A stretch of DNA of 64,000 bases from the human T2T-CHM13v2.0 reference genome, Homo sapiens. This document shows, piece by piece, positions 12,900-28,345 of this stretch. Numbering within the stretch: position 1 is the stretch's first letter; each line of letters starts with the position of its first letter. A program made the translations under genes and the position numbers. The notes beneath the pieces were generated by a model. That model saw only the letters and a program-made list of their open reading frames with translations, did not search any database and was not told the origin of the DNA. The stretch lies in the NCBI RefSeq assembly GCF_009914755.1, contig NC_060934.1; one strand, 5' to 3'.

Positions 12900-13720
12900 T
12901 CACTCATTTTTCCATTCAAAACTCATACATATTTGTTGAGTGAGTGGACTACCACCTATGGAGTGTCTATCATGAGCAAGGCATGAGGTGTAGAAATACA
13001 ACTGAGGGTGAGATATAAAACCTGCCTTCCAGTAATTTACAACACAAAAAGAAAAAATATATGAACACAGTCACCACATATACCAATAATTACAACATAC
13101 AGAAGAATATAAACCACAAGAGAACAGTTAAGAACTATGAAAATTCGCTCTCAGCTGTGAACATCAGCCAAAGCTTCGCAAAAGAGGTGTCCTTTGAGCT
13201 GGGCCTTAAAGGATCGGGGGTGGTGAGAAGCCAAGGCTGAAGAAGATATTTCAAGCACAGAATCCAGCACGAGAGGTACAGATGCAGGAAAGAGGAAGGC
13301 TTAGGTGGAGAGTGGTGGAGCATAGTGTGAGAAAGGAGAGAAGATGAGGAGAGGTGGGAAGGGTAGGATGCACCTACCCTTCAGAGAAAGTCTGAAGTGC
13401 CAGTCTGCGGCATGTCAGTGTCATTCTGAGGGTGAGGGGGAGTTGCCGAAGGTTCAGCTGGGCTGAACAAAGATAAATTTGGTGATAGTGTAGACAGTGG
13501 AGTAGAACAGAAAGAGGCAAGATAGACTGATGGGGACGCTCTGGCAGTAGTTTAGTGAAGAGCCTGAGCTTTAGCAAGGCAAGGATGAAAAAGAAAAAGG
13601 AACTGAGCAGCGCAAGATCAGCAAGGTTGGACAGAGACAGTGATATTTAGTGGTTGCTGTTAAGATGAGGGAGCCTGCAGGGCCTAGGATGTTGCTGAGA
13701 TTTTTCCAAGCCAACCACTG
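12900..13720 (-). mobile_element. L2 fragment
   Basis: cactcatttttccattcaaa...atttgttgagtg; gaggtgtcctttgagctgggccttaaagga. Confidence 0.6.
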
Positions 13721-14163
13721 ACTACAGCACTTCTTTCCCCTTCTCTGCCAAGTTACCTTTCTCAAAAGTCCCCATGTTAGAGCTTACCTTCTGGTGGAGG
13801 ATATAAAAACAATAACAACAACAAAAAGTTTATTCGCTTTGGTTTGCACTCTTCCCTGCTCCCATTTTGTCCTGTGTTCACCACCTAACGTATTATCAAT
13901 GGGAGATGTGTAAAAAAAAAAAGGTTTCCGTTCTCTGGACTTGAAGAACTTAGATATTAAGACTATAGGATTATATTAGAATATATCACCTATCGATGAT
14001 GCATTTAATTAAAGCTACCATAGGTTATTTTTAACACATGGCCTACTAAAGTATCTGTAACTTATGTCTAATAATTTAACAATTATAAATTAGCTTTATC
14101 AAAAGACAAAAATGAGCCAAAGAAAAATCTGTGAAGTGTTAGCCTTAGCAGTTGTTCCCCTTT

Positions 14164-14536
14164 TGCTAGAGTTTGAATATATCCCCCAAAGTTCATGTGT
14201 TGGAAACTTAATCCTCAATGCAACAATGTTAAGAGGTGGGACCTTTAAGAGGTGATTAGGTCATGACTCTACCCTCATTAATAGATTAATGGCATTATCT
14301 CAAGAGTGGATTTGTTATCTCTGGAGTTGATTCCTTATAAAAGGATGAGTTTGGCCCCCGTCTCTCTCTCTCACCCTTATGAGGCCTTCTGCTATGTTAT
14401 GACATAACAAGAAGGCCCTCACCAGATGCCAGCCCCTCAATCTTGGACTTCCCAACCTCTAGAATTGTGAGAAATGTTTTTTTAAACAAATTACTCTCTG
14501 GTATTCTGTTATAGCAGCACAAATCAGACTAGGACA
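14164..14536 (+). mobile_element. MST-family (MaLR) solo LTR, MSTB-like
   Basis: tgctagagtttgaatatatcccccaaagttcatgtgttggaaacttaatcc ... gttatagcagcacaaatcagactaggaca. Confidence 0.88.
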
Positions 14537-16305
14537 CCCTTTATAATCAGAGAAAAATATCCCTTTGATTCCAAAAGATTCGCCTTACTAGCAGAAGAAA
14601 TGAAAATCCTCCCATCAGGATGGGAAGTCACTTCTTGTTTTATGCTTGGCAGTGTTTATCTACCCACCCTGGTAGAGTTAAGCCTCTCCAAGAACTGAGG
14701 CAAGCCAAGTAATCTGTACTTTATTTGCTCAGAAATGACATGGGAGGGATGTCAGGAGCAGCAAGAAGAGGAAAAGTTTAATACTGCTCACAGAAAAAGA
14801 TAGGCTCTCAAAATCTGATTATTTTATATAAGTAGACCAGTTCTTTGAAATTTGTGTTAGGCTTGATCCCTATTGGAGGGGCAACAAAAAATTTCAGCAA
14901 AACAGCTGGAAGCCACCTGATAGATGGATTTGCCAGAGAGCTGAAAAGTCTGCATAAGGATAAGCATTCTCTTATGCTGCAGGCCATGATTCAGGAGATG
15001 TGCTTAGTTTTCACAAAACATGTCTACACAAGGACTATCTTCATTAATATAAAGACCACACCCTATTACCTGGCTTGTGGTTGCCACTATTTTCCTCAAG
15101 GATATATCTGTAGCACATGAACTCATGCTGAGAATCAGGTCTTATTGCCTGACATACTCATTGACTTAACATTCTACTGATTATAACAGTCATCTAAAAG
15201 TTTTTGAACTGTCATTATGCCAGTGGTTTCCAATATGTGTTTTTGAGGACCCTGGTGTCAGCAATTTGTCAGAATCAGATGCAAATCAGAAAACTCACAT
15301 TTGGTAAAATTCACTTTTTAGTGGTCTAGGAGCTTTGACAAATGCATATAGTCATGTAACCACCACCATATTTAAGATATAGAACAGTTCCATTGCCCGG
15401 TAAAATTCCTTTATGCTCCATTGTGGTCCACTCCCATCTCCAGCCTCTGGCAGTATCTCTACAGTTTTACCTTTCCAAAATGTCATATAAGTGAAATCAT
15501 ACAATATCTGTAACCTTTTGAGTTGGCTTTTTTGACCTAGCATTGAGATTCATTTATGTTGTTGTAAGCATCACAATTTATCTCTTTTTATTATTGAGTA
15601 ATATTCCATTGTGTGGAACAATAATTTTTTTATACATTTATATGTTTATGGACATCTGAATTATTTCCCATTTTGTCAATTATGAATAAAGTTGTTATAA
15701 ACATTCATGTACATATTTTATATGAACATAAGTTTTCCTTTCTCTTGGGTAAATGCCTAGGAGTAAAATGCTTGCCTAGGTAAATGTATATTTAACTTTA
15801 TAAGAAACTGGCAAACAGTTTTCCAAAGTTTTATACCATTTGCATTCCTACTAGCAGTGTATAAGAGTTCTAGGTGTTCTGCATCCTTGTCAGCTTTTGG
15901 CATTATCAGTTTGTTCCATTTTAGCAATTCTAATAAGTGTGGAGTGATATTTTATTGTGGTTTTCATTGGCATTTCTCTAGTGACTAATGATGTGAGTCA
16001 TCTTTTCACATGCTTATTTGCCATTCATACATCTTTTTTGGTAGTGTCTGTTCAAATCTTTGCCCATTTAAAAACCGGGTTGTTTTCTTATTATTGAATT
16101 TTGATAGTTCTTTATATATTCTGGATACAAGTCCTTTATCAGATAGGTGTTTTTGCAAATATTTTATCCCAGTCTACAGCTAGATGACCATTTTCTTAAC
16201 AAGGTCTTTTGGAGAGGAAGTCCAATTTGTCATTTTTTTTCCTACTATGAATCATATTATTGATGTCATGTCTAAGGAATCTTTGCCTAACCTGCATTCA
16301 CAGGA

Positions 16306-16609
16306 TTTTTTTTTTTTTTTTTTTTGAGACAGAGTCTCACTCTGTCACCCAAGCTGGAGTGCAGTGGCGCGATCTCGGCTCGCTGCAACCTCCCTCTTCC
16401 TGAGGTTCAAGCAATTCTCCCGCCTCAGCCTCCCGAGTAGCTGGGACTACAGGCACGCACCACCATGCCTGGCTAATTTTTTCTATTTTAGTAGAAACAG
16501 GGTTTCACCGTGTGGCCCAGGCTGGTCTCAAACTCCTGAGACCTGGCAATCCACATGCCTTGGGCTCCCAAAGTGTGAGGATTACAGGCATGAGCCACCC
16601 CACCTGGCC
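16306..16609 (-). mobile_element. AluS
   Basis: Full length, poly-T tail, TSD-like aggatttt. Confidence 0.92.
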
Positions 16610-16744
16610 AAGGATTTTCTTATATATTTTTTTCTCAAAATTTTAGTATTTTCAGGTTTACATTTATGCCTATGGACCTTTTTGAGCTAATTTGTGTATA
16701 AAGTGCAAAGTGTGGACCAAGGTTCGTTTCTAAAAATTTAAAAA

Positions 16745-16869
16745 TTTTTTTTAGAAAATGGGATATTCCTATGTTGCCCAGGCTGGGCTCAAACTCCTGG
16801 GCTCAAGTGACCCTCTGGCCTCAGTCTCTCAAGCAGCTGGGAGTAGAGGCATATGCCACTGTACCTGGC
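16745..16869 (-). mobile_element. FLAM / Alu monomer
   Basis: atgttgcccaggctgggctcaaactcctgggctcaagtga. Confidence 0.8.
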
Positions 16870-18115
16870 TCAAGTTTCATTTTTAAATATAAGACTATTT
16901 GTTCTAAAACCATGTATTTAAAAGATTATCCTTTCTCCATTGAATCGTCCTTCCAAATTTGTCAAAAATCAACTACTCGCATAAGTAAGGATTTATTTAT
17001 CAACTACTCACATAAGTAAGGATTTATTCTTACCTCTGTTATGTTCCATTGATCTATGTGTCTACCTGTCACCAATACCATACTGCCTTAATTGCTGTAA
17101 CAATATACTAAGTCTTGAAATCAGAAAGTACAGAGCCTATGAATGTTTTCCATTGCATAGTGGTGTACGTTCCGGACTCTGAATCGAGAAAGTGTAAATT
17201 GTCCAACTTTGGGGTTTTGGCTATTCTAGTTCCTTCATTTTTTCATATAAATTTGATTTCCACAGAAAATCTTGTTTGTAAATATATTGGGATTGCATTG
17301 AATTATAGATCTATTTAGGACATAAATGGCATCTTAACCACAGTAAGTCTTTTAATCCACAAACATGGTGTATTTTTCCATTTACATATATCGTTTTGAC
17401 TTATTAGTGTTATAGTTTTCAGCAAACAGATTTTACACATATTTTGTTAGGTTTGTACCAAAGTACTTAATATTTTATGGTGCTATTTAAAATGCTTTTT
17501 AAAAAATCTTTATTTTCTAATTTTTCATCAATGATATGTAGAAGCAAAATTAGTTTTTATATATCGACTTTGTATACTGTAATGTTGCTAAACAATGGTT
17601 CTAGTACAGTTTTGGATATTCTTTGGAGTTTCTTACATAGACAGTCATGTCATCTGTGAATAGTTCTATTTCTTATTTCCTAATAAAGAAATACCCTTTA
17701 TTTATTTTTTACGCACTGGCTAGAATCCCCAATGCAATGTTGAATAGAGTAGTAAGAGAAGACATCTTGATTTGGTCCCATCTGGGAAGAATAACACTTA
17801 GTGTTTCACCATTAAGTATCATGTTAGCTATAGGATTTTTGTAGATCCCCACTATTAGGTTGAGAAAACTCCCTTCATTACTACTTTCTTGAGAGTTTGG
17901 TTTCTTAAAATCATGAATGCTTGTTGATTGTCAAATGCTTTTTCTGCATCTATTAAAATAATTACATTATTTGTCTTCTTTGGTCTATTGATATGGTGGT
18001 TACATTTATTTAAAATTTTTTTTTCTTTTTGTTTCTTTTTAACTATTTACTGCTACATCTCACAGAGCTTACAGATTGGCAAATTCTCTTTTTTTTATTT
18101 TTAAAAATTTTTTTT

Positions 18116-18398
18116 GGCTGGACACAGTGGCTCACACCTGTAATCCTAGCACTTTGCGAGGCCAAGGCAGGAAGATCACGTAAGGCCAGGCGTTCAAGAC
18201 CAGCCTGTGCAATGTAAGCAAGACCATGACTCTACAGATAAATTTAAAAATTAACCAGGCATGGTGGTGCACACCTGTAGTCCCAGCTACTCAGGAGGCA
18301 AAGGTGGGAAGATAACTTGAGCCCAGTTCAGGCTGCAGCGAGTGGTGACCACGCGACTGCACTCCAGTCTGGGTGACAGAGTAAGACTCAGTCTCAAA
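18116..18398 (+). mobile_element. AluJ
   Basis: Both arms, diverged J-type sequence. Confidence 0.9.
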
Positions 18399-18499
18399 TT
18401 TTTTTAAAAAAAGATTTACCATCTTTACTACTTTTAAGTGTGCATTTCAGTGATAATAAATACATTTATATCTTTTTTTTACCTTTATACCCCCTCCCT

Positions 18500-20137
<1,638 letters not shown>

Positions 20138-20189
20138 TATGGATTTATTTACTTTGTTTTATTTTTATTTTCTGGAGACAAGGCCTCTC

Positions 20190-20670
20190 TATCCATTGAT
20201 TGGTTTTTGAATGTAGAATCAACCTTGTATTCTCTGAATAAATTGCACTTGGACATGACACATTTTCCTTTTAATATATTGCTGCATTTTATTGCTGATG
20301 TTTTACAAAAAGCTTTTGTGTCCTTGTTTATGAGAGATATTGGTCTATAGATTTTTCTTTCTTGTAAATTTTTTGCCTTATTTTGGTCAGGATAATAATG
20401 GTCTCATAAAATAAGCTGGGAATTGCTCATTTTTCCTTTATTTTTCTGGAAGAATTTGTGTAGAATTGGTATTATTTCTTTCTCAAAAGTTTGACAGAAT
20501 TTTCAGTGAAGCTATCTGAGCATGGGATTTTATTTTCTAGAAAGATTTGACCTACAAATAAAATTTTCTTAATAGAAGCAGAATTATTCAGGTTATCTAT
20601 GTCTTTTTGAGAGAGCTTTGATGGCTTGTGTCTTTCAAGAGCTCGTCCATTTCACTGAAATTATAGAATT
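20190..20670 (-). mobile_element. L1M ORF2 fragment (continues 15296-18010)
   Basis: Resumes L1 consensus at cattgattggtttttgaatgtagaatcaaccttgtattc. Confidence 0.75.
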
Positions 20671-20959
20671 GCATCATATGTTCTATTTGTTGCAATATTT
20701 GAGATGTATCCTCTAGGAAAGACATACACACAAGTTAGGGCGATTTACTTAGGAACCATTAATTTCATTTTTTCCCCACAGAATACAAATCATTAGTAGT
20801 GTAGCAACAGTAATGGGCTTTGGTCTTAGAGTGAGGAATTGACCAAGAATTTCCAGAATGTTTGGGAGCAGAAGTGTTCAGTACATGTAGCATTATGACA
20901 AGGAATCTGTGCGCAAGCACTATCTGTGGACTACGAATATATTATATTATACATTATTG

Positions 20960-21405
20960 CAATCATAGTGGTTACCTTCCCATTCTGCCCCCAAAATTGT
21001 TAATTTTCATCCATTCCTTTTAGTGGTGGATTTAGGAAGAAATGTGACTCATTTGTTGGCCAATGGTACATGAGGAAAAGTGTTTTCAGGATGTTTAGGA
21101 GAAGTTTATTGCTTCTAAGGAGAAAAAGCAGAAACAGCCATTTTCTTTTTCAGGACATTGGTACATCTGCATGTGATGTGGACGTGCTAATGCATTACAC
21201 TCACAAGGGTATCACCACAGTGAGGAGATGAGGATTGAAAACATCCTTGCTCCTCAATGACAACATTGAGAGCCTGAATAAACAACCATGGGACTACCCT
21301 ACCTCTGGATTCTTTGTGTGTGAGATAATAAACTTCCTTATCATTTAAGCCAATTTGAGTTGGTATTTTCAGTTATTAAATTTGAAAGCATCCTCACTGG
21401 TTCAT
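20960..21405 (+). mobile_element. Old MLT1 (MLT1J-like) LTR
   Basis: gtgtgagataataaacttccttatcatttaagccaatttgagttggtattttc...aaagcatcct. Confidence 0.65.
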
Positions 21406-22121
21406 AATAATAAGTAATAGTATGCTCCAAATATATGTAGGTACTGTTATGAATAATAAACACAAATTCATTTAAAGTGTTACTGGAGTTGGAGTAGCGC
21501 CCTGGCATTGCCTAATTTTTCAATCAATTGATTACAGAAGTACAAGTTACATCAAAATATATCAAGTTACATGCAAAATATTTTGACTTCACAGAGAGGT
21601 ATTCACATTTACAAAGGCTGAGAGTGATTCACCCCATACATAAAGACTATAACTTCCTCTTGATAAAGGCCACGTAGACACCCACGACTTAAAAGTACTA
21701 TGAAGAGATTACTCTCAGAAGATATTAGGAGCTTTGAGAGTAATTTTAGTAAAAGTGGGCATAATTCTAATATTAATATCATAAAATATTAGAGCTCAAG
21801 GAGACCTTACAGATTACCTAGTTTGGGTCACCTAGTTTGCAAAATGAGAAGGTAAACTAAATAATGTGCTGAGGGTAGTTAATGGCAGAGTCAGGACTAG
21901 TATGAAAGCTTTTTGTTTGCTTGATCGTTTTTCCTATGCCATTCTGTAAAATTGTTTAAAATAATTTTCCAGGCTCTTAGCTATCCTAAATCATGAGGAG
22001 CTTAAAGAATTATCAAAAATTTACAGAGCAAATCTATGCCACTAAAATGCTGTGCAAGTTTCAGCAATTCTCAGTGAAATGTGATAGTGATGATGAACTT
22101 AAATAGAATAACCCTGTTCTG

Positions 22122-22435
22122 GTTTTTTTGTTTGTATGTTTTTTGTTTTTGAGACAGGGTCTTGCTTTGTCACCCAGGCTGGAGTGCAGTGGTGTGATCA
22201 TGGCTCACTGCAGCCTTGACTGCCTGGGCTCAAGCAATTCTTCTCCCACTTCAGCCTCCTGAGTAGCTGGAACCACAGATATGTGTCACCATGCCAGCTA
22301 ATTTTTTTTATTATTTGTAGGGATGAGGTCTTGCTATATTGCCCAGGCTAGTCTTGAACTCCTGGGCTAAAACAATCCTCTTGCCTTGGCCTCCCAAAGT
22401 ATTAGGATTACAAGCATGAGCCACTGCACCCAGAC
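22122..22435 (-). mobile_element. AluJ
   Basis: Full length; 16-bp TSD agaataaccct(g/a)ttct. Confidence 0.92.
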
Positions 22436-25400
22436 AGAATAACCCTATTCTTGATGGTCTTTACCATCCACTCATTCCTCTTGGAAGTAAGAACGAGGCT
22501 CAGCTAGCCTATATACTTACAGAATACTTGGCAGCATAGTTAGGATGGCACGTAATAAAATATACTTCATAAGGTAATGTTTTTTGCCATATACCATACA
22601 TTAATCAGATTGTGTTCATTTCATCAATGTTACGTGAAACAGCAACAGCAGGAAGAGTACCTGAAATGAGATACTAACATTTAAAATAAAATGTTATTAT
22701 TTTGGAATATCTCAAATCCTCCCTCTTTGGCCTGCAGCTAACATACTTAATTAAATTTTTAAATGAGCTAAATATCATAAACGTTCAATAAGCAATTCTT
22801 CTCTCTTCCTAGAACAAACAAGAAGCAACATTAACTTCAAGATAAGTATTTATAATCATCTTGTGGAACTTGCAAGAATATCCTAAATAAGGTTCAAGAA
22901 GTGATTCATAACATATGACCATAATTTAAATTACACATTTTAATAGGTAATTTTGAAACCAAGTGAACAATCTAAATTGAAAACCTGGAGAAACAAACCC
23001 AGACATCACTGGGAAAAGATATCCCAGTTGACTGCAGCTGTATGGATTTACCCCATGTGGAACTCCATGCCAGTGTGCAAAGCTGTTTGTTTTTTTAGCA
23101 ATAACTTGTGAGTAGAGGACAATGTCCTTGCCACAGAAAAAGCACAAAAGGGGAGTTTTCCTTTAAAGGGCTAAAAATGCACCAAGTATTTGTCTTTTGG
23201 GTTTCTATTTTTAGTTTGTCTAGGTTAACTCAGGCAGCTGAGGAAGGACTGGGAGAACCAAGCTGTTTATGTAAATCTTAATTTACTTAATTGGCTTATG
23301 AGGATTTTTTAGGCTAGGAGGAATAGACACAAATGGATGGCTGATGAAAAGCATGGGAGTTTTCTCTGATGCTCACACAAATAGAGTTGGGGTGGGGTAG
23401 GGTGGGAGAATTTCCATTAGCTCCAAGATCTGAAAAGTTAATGGTCAAAGGGATTTCATCACAAAGACTGAAAAGTGTTTCTGAAGTAGAAAGTTAATTT
23501 CATTAGATCTCACAAGATAGAAAACTCCATGGCAATGATCTTCTTATTCTCTCAGAAAATTTTTGCAGCCAATCAGACTGCCAAATTTATTTAAGTCTGT
23601 ACACTTATCTCAGAACACCCTTGGGTTTATTCTTGGGCCTATAAAATAGGAAGAAATGTAAGAGACCATGGGCTATTTTGCCAAATCAGCATAGTGTTAA
23701 GACTCATGGGAAGGAGGCCATGGGTTTCCCTTCCCCATCTAGAGATGGAGACTGTTCTGCTAAGGGAAGATCAATATCCAGTTAGAGAAAAGAGAACACA
23801 AATCTGAAAAGCTAACACTCCATGGGTAAGCCTGGCTGGAACAATTTAGCATCAACAGAGCGTCAAGTGCCAACCCCACACATAATGCCTACAGAGACCC
23901 TCCTGGCTGATTGGCTCTATGAAGCCAAGGAACTGGCTGGCTTTTCCCATTCCCCCACTTCAGTTTGATCTGACTGCTTTGCTTTGTATCTCCTCAGCAT
24001 CTGCCCATGCTTTTATCTGGGCACCTCAAACACTTTAATGCTCTTGCTTGTTTTCTTAAAGCCCTTGGAAAAACGGACAGGTTTTATCTTTTCACTGTAT
24101 TCTCAACTCCAAACACAATATATGTAGTATTCAATAAAACTTCCTCTTTCTTGAACTCCTGCTTAGCATTCCCAACCACTACTGTCTACCTCCATAGATG
24201 TCCAACAAGTACTTCAAACTCAACATGTTAAAAACCAGACCTGTTGCTTCTTTCTCCTCCTCCCTCTCCTCCACTTGGCCATGACTCTGATGTTGTAGCC
24301 ATCTTTGTGTCTGAAGGGCCTCTCTGTATTGGGCTCACTATAAGTATTCATTGAAAGTGGAATGAGTAGAGACATGAGGAAAGGAAGGACAGGAAAAAAA
24401 TGAGAAAAAAACAGTAAAATAAAGAAGTCATGAAGGCCAGAACAAGGGAAAAGGAGAAGAGGAAGGTGGCTAAGAGTAAGAAGACTATTTTAGGTTGGTT
24501 TTCCCCAAACCAGGAGGGGTAGAAAGAATCTAGAGCCCTCCAAACAGGAGCTTGATAGAAAAGAACAATTTTTCATCTCATTCCGCTTCCTTTCCAGTGT
24601 TTTCTTAACTGCATGCAGTTTGGGTTAGACTCTGAATGTTTTGTGGGTGTGATGAGAGAAAGGACTTATGGGCACACTTCCACCCTTTTCAGCCACTCCT
24701 GCAGATAATAGCAGCTGAGTTCTTTTTCACTATGAACTATGACTCCTTATAACAGTGGACAAAGTAAAAAGTGTGATCAGATGCCTCATTCCTAACCTCA
24801 CAGTTCCTGAGATGAGGCTCTGAAATGAGCCTGGGGCTGGGGTTCATTTGTCCTTCCCATGGGGAACAATCCCCATTTTGCTTTAGGTAGGTAAAGGGGC
24901 AAGCCCTGCCTTGCTCTTCTGGTCGGACTTTTTACAATAGTGTTAAGTTACTCTATGTTTTCTTTTTGGGGTTCTGTTGCCAGCTTATTTTAAGTTTGAT
25001 GCTCTAGTCTCCTTGAGTGATGACATGTCATAACTGTAACCTCAAGACATTTTCAGGTAAAGGCAAGATGCATGCACTCCTTGATTTTATTTGTGGGAGG
25101 AACTTTCTAGCCCACAGGGAAAACTATAAGAAATATTCCGTCATTGTAAGGAGCTTGGCATGCTGACATCTGGTAGTTTTAAAGGGTGCTTAGATCTATG
25201 GAAGAAGCATTTTCCAGAGAAATTATTTATTTCAACGCTTGTTCTGAAAAGAAGCTTAGAAGACTCCTGTGAGTCTTTTTTTTAACCCAGTGAAAGCACC
25301 TGCTGTTCTTAAGGTAGCTGTCCTCACGTGCTATCAATCTATACACCACAGCTTCTGGTATCCTTGGGAGAGCCTTTCCTATTGGTATGAAGAGTTTTAC

Positions 25401-26718
25401 TAAAATGTAAATGGCAAGAGTTTGTGAACTAACTCCCTCAGTCAGCAACAGGAGGTCTCTTCTTGCTGAACCCTCAGATGGCCCAGAGACTTGAGGCATA
25501 TTCTTTTTTTGCAATCTTTTAAGCAAATGGTACAAGTACTCCTAGAAATAAATTATTTACACTGTTCAAACTCTATCAAGAGTTTTATTTAGGTTTCTAG
25601 TCTAAATGAATATTAAAAGTACAACACAGCTTCAGGCATGGTGCTCACAGGAAATATGGCAACAGTGTAGTTTAGGACACAACAACTCCATACAACTCAA
25701 AGGATTGTCCTAAAACATTGGAGTTCAAAAGCAAGAATTATTTTCATATAAAAACAACACATCCTTTCTTAATAAAGCAAATGACACCACACAGCAAATA
25801 GAATGAGCACAGAGCCCACTTTTACATGGGTCCTGATAGTACACAAATCATGCTAACCCCATGGATAAACCTTGTATTCCATTGTCAGTGTTGATATTTG
25901 TGCAGCTCTATTTACCTAAACATTTCTGAGAACTCTACCCTGTAGAAAGCAGCTAATGGCATTTATCAGAGAGCAGACTCAACTTGGCCTCATAAAGGGA
26001 AGCATGTTGGTATCTCAAAGACCCTTTCAGCTACACCTGAATGCACAGGTCATGATTTACCATCAGGTAAGAGTGTGTTCAGAAAAGAAGGATAATTTTA
26101 TATATTTACCATTTTAAAACAAGACTTGTGATATGGTGAATGGAAATCTCTACATAACAGCAAAGATGACTGATAGAGGAGGCTACTCTGAGAGCTCCTG
26201 TGAGCTTCATGCAGAGAAGTATGATATAGGAGAAATTCTGAATTAACCAAGGTCCAGAGTTTACTTTCTGACTTTCTGTTTTGTAGTAACTGAAACTCAG
26301 GTACCACCCACGTTGCTTTGTTGTAGTTCTTGGAGGCATTGTTTTACTGAGTAGGTAATTATCATCATGATTGTAAGTGTATGAATAGATATTAAAGTGT
26401 TTAATGATAATTTCATTTTCTTAGAGCTCTATATAATTCTCCATAATCTTATTGTTTTAATATTTCCATGAAGAAAAGCTCATTAAGCCTAGAGTAAACA
26501 TCAATCTAATCCTTCCCTTTGATTTAGTAAGGTGCTTTGATTTAGTAAAGTTAGCATTATGAAGAGACTGTGCTAGTGGTCATTTTTATATCATCTGGTT
26601 TAAAATGTTGGCAAGCCCAACTCATGACAACTTTGAGCTGCCTTTGATGTTTTTCTTGACTTTACAATTCATCAGTTCTATTTGTGGATTTTGTTTGTGT
26701 GACAAGTGTTTTGGTTGT

Positions 26719-26783
26719 GGTTTCATTTTGTTTTTGTTTTTGTTTTTGTGATAGGGTCTCACTGTTGCCTAGGCTGGAGTTCA
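26719..26783 (-). mobile_element. Severely 5'-truncated Alu
   Basis: Tail plus about 35 nt of Alu 3' end; TSD gttttggttgt at 26708-26718 and 26784-26794. Confidence 0.75.
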
Positions 26784-27589
26784 GTTTTGGTTGTTTTAAA
26801 ACATCTTTGAGTACATCTGCTTTCTCTTCTTCCAACATATAATCAAGACTCACTGTATGTTGTTATATTTAAGGACTAATAAGTGGGTTTGTCTCTTATC
26901 CAGTGCTCATAGTTACAGGTCCAACAGAGTTCACTCTAAGACTAAAATGCAGTCATTAGAGTTTTTCCTTTAGTCTTGAGTATTTATTAGAAGCCACTGC
27001 TACCTGCTTCTTCTTTGTGAACTAAGACAGGTGAGAACAGTTGTCTTCCTTTCCTTACTTGGTGTTAGTCATTTCTGAGATGCTTCGAATACAGAGGGAG
27101 GAGCAGGGGAAGAAATTTGCTGTGAGACCCACTCCAGGTTGGATGTGGTTGATCTTTGCTTATTAAAGTGTACTAGACCTTTTGAGACAACTGTGCTGGA
27201 GCAGGGCTTGTACATCCTCTCTTGAGTCTTATGTTGATTCAGAGCATGACTCAGTGATCCCTAATGTGGAGGCCAAGGGTAGAATGGCCCATGGCAGGTC
27301 TTCCCTGAAGCATTGTAATAGAATCTTTCACTATAATGTTGACACATCTTCTAACTACCAAAGGTAAGTGGAAAGTCGGCTATTCTAGAAATTTTAGGCC
27401 TGGGTAAATCTTTTGCCCAAGAACTTGGCCTTAAATCCTTAGCTTGATGTTACTTGACTTAAGCCATTGGCTAATGGCATAAAAAGAAATGTGCATCCTC
27501 TTTCAGAAATAGCACTAATTATAAAGAAGATAAAATCAATCAGTAATGTGAAGGAATAATTATTATGGAAATGGTATGAATTTAGAAAC

Positions 27590-27880
27590 CAAACACTAAC
27601 AAATTGTGATGGTAGATATGTATCACTAGGCATTTGTCAAAATCCATAGAATGTACAATACAGAGTGAACTCTAGTGTAAATTATGGACCTTAGTTAATA
27701 ATAATGTATCAATATTGTCTCACCAATTGTACCACAGTAATGATGCTAGTTGCTATTAGTAGGGAAAACTGTGTTTGGGGGTAGAGGTAAAGGGTTATAT
27801 GGGAACTCTTCACACTTTCTGCTCCATTTTTCTGTAAACCTTAAACTGCTGTAAAAAATAAAGTGTATTAACAAAACAAA
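27590..27880 (+). mobile_element. L1MC-type 3' end
   Basis: catttgtcaaaatccatagaatgtacaatacagagtgaactctagtgtaaattatggaccttagttaataataatgtatcaatatt. Confidence 0.8.
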
Positions 27881-28345
27881 GAGAAAAACACTTTATATGT
27901 AAAATATGTATCTAACATATATTATTGTTGCTGCCTCAAAAAGTCTAAGTTCAAAAAAGGAATAAATCTTGAGACATTTTAAAAATACTTTTTTAAAATA
28001 TGGAAGAATAATACACATACAGGGAGATATTTTAGTTATAAGTATAGAGTTTTATGAATAATCACAAAGTGAACACACCCACGTACCACCACTTAGGGCG
28101 AGAAATAAAATGTTATTAGCACCTCAGAAGCCCACTTTTTAGAAGCATTTAACACAATAAATTAATTTTGTCTGCTTTTGAAATAGTAAAACGGAATCAC
28201 ATAGTGTGTAATCTTTTGTATCTGGCTTCCTTTGCTTCACATTATATTTATGAGATTCATCCATGTTGTGTGTAATTTATTTTTGTTGCTGTGAAGTTTT
28301 CTGCTGTATGAATGTATTACATTAAATTTATTATATATTCTATGT

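Larger units (their letters stand above)
15296..18010 (-). mobile_element. Old L1M element (3' UTR and ORF2 remnant) with nested Alus
   Basis: Typical antisense L1 ORF2 sequence (ctttatatattctggatacaagtcctttatcagat, gttccattgatctatgtgtct); no intact ORF. Confidence 0.85.

Noticed and set aside
16968-17029. 31-bp tandem duplication
   Set aside because: Inside a dead L1 and already diverged; ordinary slippage.
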